64,000 bases of DNA from the NCBI GenBank assembly GCA_951406725.2, contig OX597837.1:41106001-41170000 (forward strand). The letters run 5' to 3'. Shown one piece after another: positions 54,554-64,000 of the stretch; the stretch's first letter is position 1; the number at the start of each line of letters is the position of its first letter. Both the position numbers and the translations under genes were made by a program. This stretch comes from Octopus vulgaris. Taxonomy: Eukaryota. The notes below the pieces were generated by a model that saw only the letters and a list, made by a program, of their open reading frames with translations, did not search any database and was not told the origin of the DNA.

Positions 54554-54847
54554 CTGTGTGTATGCGCAGTGGCGCGCGTGTTTATATCCATTAAACTGTC
54601 TTCTGTAATATTTCTATGAACATGTAGCATATTTCGTTATATTCAAACCTACAAAACTTTCTACTATTGTATATTTAATCAAAATGGCGTCTAGACAAAT
54701 GTTTAATTCTCGTTATATTGTAGTAATGTAGTAAATATGGCTATAAAACGGTGTGATGTAAATCTGGCTATTTACGAGGGAGACAACCGGCAAATAATAA
54801 TATATAATATTTATTTAAATGTACACACGTACACACACACACACATG

Positions 54848-54881
<34 letters not shown>

Positions 54882-54964
54882 CACACATATATATACACAC
54901 ATAAACACTCACACTTACGTTATGTATGTGTGTATGTGGTGTGTGCACGTGTGTATGTATTTAT

Positions 54965-55156
54965 GTGTCTGTATCTTTGTTTGTCCCCACTCCCTCCCGT
55001 CATCACTTGGCAACCAGCGGTTCGGCGAAAGACACCGATAGAATAAGTACTAGGCTTCCGAAAAATGAGTCCTGGGGTTGATTTCTTCGACTTTAAGGCG
55101 ATGCTCCAGCATGGACGCAATCAAGTGACTGACGCGAGTAAAAGAATAAAAGAATA
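54965..55156 (+). mobile_element. SINE family A, 3' half
   Basis: CCGATAGAATAAGTACTAGGCTT ... GTAAAAGAATAAAAGAAT. Confidence 0.82.
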
Positions 55157-55249
55157 CAAGAACAAACATACCAATAAACACACACACACACACACACACA
55201 CTCGTACACACACTTATAATTTTATTTTAGCTGAGAAGACTTTATACTT

Positions 55250-55285
55250 TGTTACTCGGAGTTTCACGTAATCGCTCATCAGACA
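55250..55285 (-). ncRNA. Type I hammerhead ribozyme motif with an intact catalytic core
   Basis: The minus strand reads UGU-CUGAUGA-GCG auua CGU-GAA-ACU ccg AGU-A^ACA. All core nucleotides, three helices and a GUA cleavage triplet are present. Confidence 0.75.
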
Positions 55286-55518
55286 GTCATGAGGAGTATC
55301 CGTTTATATGTTCACGACTATAGTTTCTTATCAGTTTCCATGAAATAAAATACTATTTGACTCTAGCCTTGGTAGTCAAGTACTTTCGTTTACATATATT
55401 TTTATCGTGTAATTCGGTAGAAGGAACCAACGAAGAGGGTCACAAATTCACCACCTTTTCTTTGGGACGGAGATATACGTGACATTTCTTATCTTCTTTA
55501 TCTCATGTAGTAAACTTG

Positions 55519-55592
<74 letters not shown>

Positions 55593-55793
55593 ATTATTTA
55601 AAACAGTTTGATTTGGCCGCATGGAACTTGAAGTTTCGTAAGCTTGTTACAGGATCCTATTTCGTTGGGCTCACTCGCATATACTTACATACAATCATAC
55701 ATAAATACATACACACACACACACACATATATATATATATTACATAGACACATATATATGTAAGTATATGTGTGTGTACACACACACACACAC

Positions 55794-55845
<52 letters not shown>

Positions 55846-56032
55846 GAAGGTTTGGTGAAGATGTACAGGTATTATATATTAGAAGAAATGAGGTACTCAG
55901 AAATCTGGATGGTTTTATATTTACAGATATTTATTAGTATATTACATGTTTTTATAAATCATATATCATATATCATATTAGCTCTTTCGTCCATTCTAGT
56001 GGAGTCTTCACATACATACATACATACATACA

Positions 56033-56103
<71 letters not shown>

Positions 56104-56123
56104 TTACATACAATATATACCCA

Positions 56124-56155
<32 letters not shown>

Positions 56156-56197
56156 GCTCAAAACTGAAATGATACGAATGCTTTGACATGTCTAATT

Positions 56198-56648
56198 TTA
56201 AAACGCTGAGTGCTAGAAATAACAACCAAATCACCACCAAATCACACACTAATGTCTTAAAAATTGAAGGATACATAGTGTTAGATAAAGTATTTTGTAG
56301 AAACAACGTGATGGTCATGGCTAGATAGCCGTTAATCATAGTCTTTTTATTCAGTGCTGACACCTGGGACTAAACTTCGATAATATCATAGCTTTAAGCT
56401 TATAAGTGAATGGATGAGTAATGTCGTAGGCACTCGAAATGCTAGAAATAACAGCTAAATATTTCTCGCAGATTACGGCTCTGCATCTTACGAAATTTCA
56501 GTGATATGCGCACGATAATGTAATCCTAGGTGCGCAATGCCTGAAAAAGAAAAAAAAACAGCAAAAAAAGAAGTTAACACGCGCGTTGACAGCTGGTATT
56601 CATTTGGCCGTAGTTTTCTTTGATAACGGCCGACCTGGAGCTTACAAT
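56198..56648 (+). repeat. Two tandem diverged copies of an unclassified interspersed repeat
   Basis: Both start TGCTAGAAATAACA(A/G)C.AAAT and end GA(CA)CCTGG..CT.A.A, at about 56210-56375 and 56440-56648. Confidence 0.55.
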
Positions 56649-56755
56649 GACAGGATGTTGTCACACCTGGTGCACAGTTGAATAAACGGCATTTATTACA
56701 GGTAAACTTTACTTTGTATATATATATATATATATAATGATAAATCTCAGAGCGA

Positions 56756-56793
<38 letters not shown>

Positions 56794-56859
56794 CGTAAAC
56801 GAAGATGTGATGTTTGATATGTATATACCTGAAGAAGGTATAGATACATCTGTTAATGA

Positions 56860-56894
<35 letters not shown>

Positions 56895-56937
56895 CTGTGT
56901 TTACATTGTCTTATTGTATATATATAATAGAGATATC

Positions 56938-56985
<48 letters not shown>

Positions 56986-57754
56986 TTATATGTATGTATG
57001 TATACATATATATACACACACACATGCATATATACATGTATATATATACGCAAACACATACATACATATATAAATACAAAGACATATACACATATATGCA
57101 TATATACACACAGATATACATATATGCAAACTTTCATATATACACACATATATACAAACGTACATGGATATCTATCTATTTATCAGTCTATCTATCTATA
57201 TAGCTATCAATCTGTGTGTGTGTGTGTGTGTATGTGTGTGTGTGCGTGCGTGCGTGTGTGTGCGTGTGCGGTGTGTGTAGTTTCGTCCTGTGTACGAGTC
57301 TGTTCTGCATCCGGTAGCGGGTTCTTGTTACGGGTGTTCCAGGCCTTTGAAGCGTGTCAAACCATCTCTTAGCCACTATTCTTTCCCGGTCTATTCTGAC
57401 CCGACATATTAGCACCTGTTAAGGTTAACTAGCATGTGAAACGCAGGGATTGAACGACCCCTAGTTCCCGTTAGAATTTCTTCCAAGGAGAAGAGAAAAT
57501 TGCCGATAAAAAATAAAATTCTGACGTGCAGTCGGTTTTTCTGGTCCTCTCCCCCCAATTTTGTGTCACTGGTTTTTTTTTAACTGTTTGCGCAAGGAGT
57601 GGGCTTTGTGCTGTTCAAAACAAATTCCTGCACAAAAACTTCTTGGAATCTGGGAACGTTACTCGGACTTCCCGAGTTTCCAAAGTGGCCTTACTCGGTC
57701 TTGAGTTGAATTCCACCATAGCGTGTGCCTGTGTGCGGTTGTGTGTGTGTGTAT

Positions 57755-57919
57755 AGGTGCAGCTGTGACTCTATGGTAAGAATCTTACTTCCCACCCACA
57801 TGGTTCTGGGTTCAGTCCCTCTGCGTGGAATCTTGGAAATATATTTTCTACTATAACTTCCGGCCGACCAAAGCCTTTTGAAAAGATCTGTCAGACGGAA
57901 ACTGAAAGAACCCTGTCGT
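57755..57919 (+). mobile_element. SINE family A, 5' half
   Basis: CCACATGGTTCTGGGTTCAGTCCC ... GACGGAAACTGAAAGAA. Confidence 0.82.
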
Positions 57920-57920
57920 A

Positions 57921-57973
<53 letters not shown>

Positions 57974-58011
57974 TATCTATTATATATATATGTATATATA
58001 TATACATTATC

Positions 58012-58055
<44 letters not shown>

Positions 58056-58069
58056 ATATATACATTATC

Positions 58070-58111
<42 letters not shown>

Positions 58112-58276
58112 CATACGTGACATAGGTACATATATTAATTAAGATATTATATGGAGTAAACATTATCTGAGGGAAATTTTCTTTTAAGTAGTAGAAATGG
58201 CTAAAAAAATTTTTGGGGCTACTATTTCTACTAAGTTCAGTATGTGGCAAAGTAATTTATTTTACTAAGCCCTAAT

Positions 58277-58320
<44 letters not shown>

Positions 58321-58556
58321 GGCGTACATTGATATATGTACGTATATTAATAAAGATATATATATATATATATATATATGTATACTTTTACTTAGGTAGA
58401 ACTCTAAATGAACATGATACGTATGTATGTCATAATGTTACCTGTCACACGTACATCCGTTTATGGGAGGATAATACATACAATATATAGGGTATTCCTA
58501 CGTGAGGGTTGTATATTCATTTAATGGATAAATTCAGCAAATAAAATATACATACA

Positions 58557-58587
<31 letters not shown>

Positions 58588-58662
58588 GTGGGAGAATAAA
58601 TATATTCTAAACTGTGTATATATATATGTTTCCGTATACACAGAAATACATATTTTCATACA

Positions 58663-58695
<33 letters not shown>

Positions 58696-58698
<3 letters not shown>

Positions 58699-58885
58699 CG
58701 CAGGAGTGGCTGTGTGGTAAGTAGCTTGTTTACCAACCACATGGTTCCGGGTTTAGTCCCACTGCGTCACACCTTGAGTAAGTGTCTTCTATTATAGTCT
58801 CGGGCTGACCAAAGAGCGGATTTGGTAGACGGAAACTGAAAGAAGTCAGTCTCGTGTGTATGTGCGTGTGTGTGCGTGTGTGTAT

Positions 58886-58982
<97 letters not shown>

Positions 58983-59151
58983 TCCACCTCGCCATCGCTT
59001 GACAACCGATGCTGGTGTGTTTATGTCCCTGTAACTTAGCGGGTCAGCAGATAAGTACAAAACTTACGAAAAATAAGTCCCGGGGTCGATTTCGACTAAA
59101 AGCTTTTAAATCGGTGTCCCAATATGGCTGCGGTCAAATGACTGAATCAAA
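58696..59151 (+). mobile_element. SINE family A, full length
   Basis: Head AGGCGCAGGAGTGGCTGTGTGGTAAG, internal (TG)n and tail GGTCAAATGACTGAA. Confidence 0.9.
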
Positions 59152-59263
59152 TACAATATAAATGTATATATATATATATATATATTTTTTTTTCTATACC
59201 CATGTATATATATTATGTATACATATATATATATATGTATGTAATATATATATATATATGTAT

Positions 59264-59305
<42 letters not shown>

Positions 59306-59458
59306 ATATATATATATACCATATATACTTATGCACGTATAATTTGACGAGCAAGTTGTTGCGTTGATCGGATCAACTGGAACCCTCGTCGCCGTAACCA
59401 ACGGAGTTTCTGTGGCTACATGTGCACAAATATATATATATATATATACATACATACA

Positions 59459-59512
<54 letters not shown>

Positions 59513-59610
59513 CATACATACATATATGTATATATATATATATATACATACATACATACATATATGTATATATATATATATATATACATATATATATACA
59601 TATATGTATG

Positions 59611-59662
<52 letters not shown>

Positions 59663-59668
59663 TGTATG

Positions 59669-59706
<38 letters not shown>

Positions 59707-60003
59707 TATATGTATATATATATTTATATATGTGTGTGTGTGTGTATAAAATAAAGGAACTTAAGTTTTGTTTTTGCATCTGTAAATGCCTCAGTAAACA
59801 ATCAAAACAATCAACCCCACCCCACACACACACACAATATGCATACGTAAATACATACAGACATTGATACAGGCATATATATATCTATACATATGCACAC
59901 ACACAGACACACTTATATATATATATCTGTATGTATGTATGTATGTATGTATGTATGTATGTATGTATGTATGTATGTATGTATGTATGTATGTATGTAT
60001 CGT

Positions 60004-60298
60004 GGCACTCCGTCGGTTACGACGACGAGGGTGCCATTTGATCCGATCAACGGGACAGCCTGCTCGTGAAATTATGAACCCATAACATAGTTCTCGGGGA
60101 AATTCAGTGTGACAAGGCTTGCCCCCTTTTTTTTTTAGAGTTACAACAGAAACAGGAAGAGAAAATTGTGGTAAAAGAGAACAGCAGGGTTCGCTACCAC
60201 CCCATGCCGGAGCCTTATAGAGCTTTAGGTGTTTTCGCGCAATAAACACACACAACGCCCGCGAGTCCGCCGCCACAACCACTGAGCTATTGCGCCCC
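60004..60298 (-). mobile_element. SINE family D, near full length with deletions
   Basis: Has both the D head and the GTCGTCGTAACCGACGGAGTGC tail. A further D-tail fragment lies at about 59333-59407 (+). Confidence 0.85.
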
Positions 60299-60640
60299 TA
60301 CATACATATATATTTATGTCTAACGCCTCATGTATATTTGTGAATTTATAGCTTCTAAACGGTATTTCGCAACAATAAAATAAGGAGATTACGCATGTAA
60401 AATTAATAGCTGTATATCTTATTGATTCTTTGTCTACGTCTATCAAAGCCCCAATTTAATGGGTGGAACGAAATTTTCTTATACATCAATTTTATTTTGC
60501 GCAATTAAAACAATAAAACACCCATATATACACATGCATATGTATATACATACATACACATATCAAAATTCAATTTCTATTAAATATATATATATGCTTG
60601 TGTGTGTCTGCATATATATATATATATATATATGCGTGTG

Positions 60641-60675
<35 letters not shown>

Positions 60676-60810
60676 ATGTATATATATATATATATATATT
60701 TATATATTTGTATGGTGTTATTCATAAAAAATTGTGGGGTGATTATAATCAAAAATAAGCAACAAGAATGACTCCGGTAATTTGGTACAATTGTTTCGCA
60801 CTACATATAT

Positions 60811-60867
<57 letters not shown>

Positions 60868-61285
60868 GTGTGTGTGTGTGTATATACATAAATGCAGGGA
60901 GATTATGAGATGGAGGCGCGCATGTTTTATAATCCATTAAGAGCGGATTTGGTAGACGGAAACTGAAAGAAGTCAGTCTCGGAGTCACGTCTTTTACGCT
61001 TTTGTAATATGGAAGCCATGATATATTTTTTTTGTTTTTTTTATTTCCTTTTCAGCATTCATTGCTTGGCTGTTATGTCACACGCAAATACGCGCATGCA
61101 TGCACACACATGCACGCACTGACGCACACACTCACTCACTCATTGAACATACGCGCACACGCAGCCTCGTGCGCGCGCATTTACACTTATTTGTATACAA
61201 GCTCACACGCTTGTGCATATGTACAGGACCCCATGCAAAGACGCACAAACACACGCACGCACATGGATTGATTTTTTCAATGTAT

Positions 61286-61422
<137 letters not shown>

Positions 61423-61502
61423 TACATACATACATACATACATACATACATACATACGTACATGCATACATACGTACATGCATACATACATGCATCATAC
61501 AT

Positions 61503-61566
<64 letters not shown>

Positions 61567-61666
61567 TTATTTGTTTATATATACACATGCATATAGATAT
61601 GTATGTAAGGAAACATATACACACACTCATATACATATATATATACATATATATTTATATACAGAC

Positions 61667-61963
61667 AGGCGTGGCTGTGTGGTAAGTAGCTTGCTTACCA
61701 ACCACATGGTTCCGTGTTCAGTCCCACTGCGTAGCACCTTGGGCAAGTGTGTCCTACTGTAGCCTCGGGCCGACCAAATCCTTGTGAGTGGATTTGGTAG
61801 ACGGAAACTGAAAGAAGCCCGCCGTATATATATATATCTATATATGTGTGTGTGTGTGTATGTTTGTGTGTCTGTCTGTCCACTCACCATTGCTTGATAA
61901 CCGATGCTGGTGTATTTACGTCCCCGTAACTTAGCCGTTCGGCAAAGAGACCGATAGAATAAG
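61667..61963 (+). mobile_element. SINE family A, 3'-truncated
   Basis: Runs from the head through GAGACCGATAGAATAAG. Confidence 0.9.
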
Positions 61964-62022
61964 TTAATATATGTGTATGGATATATACATATATATATAT
62001 ATGTATAAATACATAACTACAT

Positions 62023-62057
<35 letters not shown>

Positions 62058-62320
62058 ATAAATTTATATATTCAGAAACACATAATTGTATATATTGCGT
62101 ATATATAATTATATTTTTTGACATTATACATAATTTTATATATAATAATATATACGTACGTATACATACAGACACACAATGACTCTGTGCGCGCGCGCGC
62201 GCGTGTGTGTGTGTGCGTCTGTATTTATGGCTGTAACTATGTGCATGCGTGTGCGTGGGAATGCGCATTTAACGCGCGCGCGCGCGTGTGTGTGTGTGTT
62301 TGCATGTGTGTGTATTCTTT

Positions 62321-62651
62321 CGACCCCGAAAGAATAAAAGACATAGTCGACCTCCGTGGAATTTGAACTCAGAACGTAAAGACGGCGTGCTAACGGTTCT
62401 GCCAGCTCGCCGTCTTGTACAACAGTAGAAATATCCTTTCTTGAAAAGTACAACGCCTGAAACTGTGGTGGTGGGGGGAAAATGGTCGGTTACATCGACC
62501 CCAGTGTTTCGCTGGTACTTATTTTATGAATCCCTGAAGGATGAAAGGCAAGGTCGACCTCAGCGGAATTTGAACCTAGAAGGTGCAGACGTACGAAATA
62601 CTGCTAAGCATTTTACCCGACGTGCTAACGATTCTGCCAGCTCGCCGCCTT
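62321..62651 (-). mobile_element. Two tandem family-B SINE copies
   Basis: At about 62321-62416 and 62435-62651. Both end TTCTGCCAGCTCGCCG on the + strand. Confidence 0.85.
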
Positions 62652-62769
62652 TTTCAACAACGATAATATCAACAACAAAACGTACGACAACAACAGCAAC
62701 CACAACAATTAAACAATAACATCGACAACCACAGCAGCAACAACAATAACAATAACAAGACCAAGAACC

Positions 62770-63088
62770 GGCACTCCGTCGGTTACGACGACGAGTTTCT
62801 CAGTTGATCCGATCAACGGAATAACCTGCCCGTGAAATTGACATGCTAGTGACTGAGTATTCCTCAGACACGTGTGCCCTTAATTTAGTTCTCGGGGCGA
62901 TTCAGCATGGACACAGAATGTGACAAGGCTTGTCCTTTGTATTACTGGTACTACTCATTTTTTGCCAGCTGAGTGGACTGGAGCAACGTGAAGTAAAGGG
63001 TCTTGCTCAAGGACACAACGTGTCGCTGGGAATTGAACAAATGACCTTGCGATCATGAGCCGAATGCCCTAACCACTAAGCCACGCGC
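62770..63088 (-). mobile_element. Chimeric SINE: family-C head and core plus family-D tail, full length
   Basis: The minus strand reads GGCGCGTGGCTTAGTGG ... CAGTCCACTCAGCTGGCAAAAAATGAGTAG, then the D tail CTCGTCGTCGTAACCGACGGAGTGCC. Confidence 0.88.
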
Positions 63089-63646
63089 CGTCACACGACA
63101 GGAACAGGAAGAAAAACGACAACAAAACAACGCCAGTAAAACAACAGAAACAACGGCTTAAAGAACAACAGAAAAAAACACACAACAGAAATAATGACAG
63201 CAACAACAATAACATCAACAATAGCAATAACGAAAACCAAGTGCAGAAACAATGATAGTAGCAACAACGGTTACAGCGAATAATAAACAACAGTTATGAC
63301 AAAAATTAATAACAACGAAATATGCAGCCGGTAACGTAACGATGTGAGATATTAATTGGCAGAATATTAATATCAACAACAACAACAGTAATTCGTAGAA
63401 TAAAAGAAACAGCAAGGGTGACGACAACAACAGTAAGAGCGGGGCTAGCAGCATTAGCAGCAGCAGCGCCGCCGCGCCACCACCACCACTAGCGCTACCT
63501 GTTTCAGGTACCAGTGAGAACATACTTTATTTGTTAAATTGTTTACATTCCAGAACTAAAGAACAATTGCGTGAATAATTTTCACGTTATTAAGCAACAT
63601 TGAGGTGGTTGTAACGCGAGAAAAAACAACAACAACAGCAGCTGTA

Positions 63647-64000
63647 GAGGCCCAATGGCCCAGTGGTTAGGGCAGCGGACTCGCGATCGGAGGATCACGG
63701 TTTCGATTCCCAGACCGGGCATTGTGTGTGTTTATTGTGCGAAAACACCTAAAGCTCCACGGGGCTCTGGCAGGGGGGGGGTGGCGATCCCTGTTGTACT
63801 CTTTCGCCCCAACGTTCTCTCACACTTTCTTCTTGTTTCTTATTTCCGACTTCCTACGCAACCACTGAGCCTGGATGCGCATTCATCCATCCGTCGATGC
63901 TCTCGATATCGGGGGTTGACCTGCTTTCTCTTCGATCGGTTCGGCAAAAGAGACCGATAGAATAATTACTAGGCTTACAAAGAATAAGTCCTGGGGTCGA
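63647..64000 (+). mobile_element. Family-D head, a different body, then family-A 3' sequence running off the window
   Basis: The D head extends to about 63840, an unrelated segment to about 63936, then CGGTTCGGCAAAAGAGACCGATAGAATAA. Confidence 0.8.

Noticed and set aside
57655-57700. Hairpin ACTCGG/CCGAGT with GAAAC and GUA on the minus strand
   Set aside because: The upstream box is CCGAGTA, too far from CUGANGA, and there is no stem I.
63399-63580. GC-rich AGC/GCC/CCA run resembling a poly-S/A/P exon
   Set aside because: An in-frame stop lies just upstream, and it sits in a decayed (AAC)n region.

Overview
This is an AT-rich, microsatellite-saturated eukaryotic window with no protein-coding gene I can support. 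Nearly all listed ORFs are translations of (TA)n, (TG)n, (TATG)n, (TAGA)n or (TAA)n tracts. The repeat content resembles a cephalopod (Octopus-like) genome, which is an inference and not a database result. The window holds about 45 copies or fragments of tRNA-headed SINEs in five sequence families, labelled A-E here (my labels, not assigned to published families). Several are recurrent head/tail chimeras. There are also two non-autonomous Helitrons, a Tc1/mariner deletion derivative, two R4/Dong-type retrotransposon remnants, an old ~160-bp satellite and several long foldbacks. The most striking signal is an abundance of type I hammerhead ribozyme (HHR) motifs in unrelated contexts: (i) one with an intact core at 55250-55285 (-); (ii) a local family of ~95-bp palindromes whose arms each read as a degenerate HHR; (iii) a tRNA-headed SINE ending in an HHR, with a Dong-like element nested in its (TAA)n tract; (iv) Penelope-type terminal fragments with variant catalytic cores. 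All alignments and folds were done by eye, and coordinates of degenerate copies are approximate.
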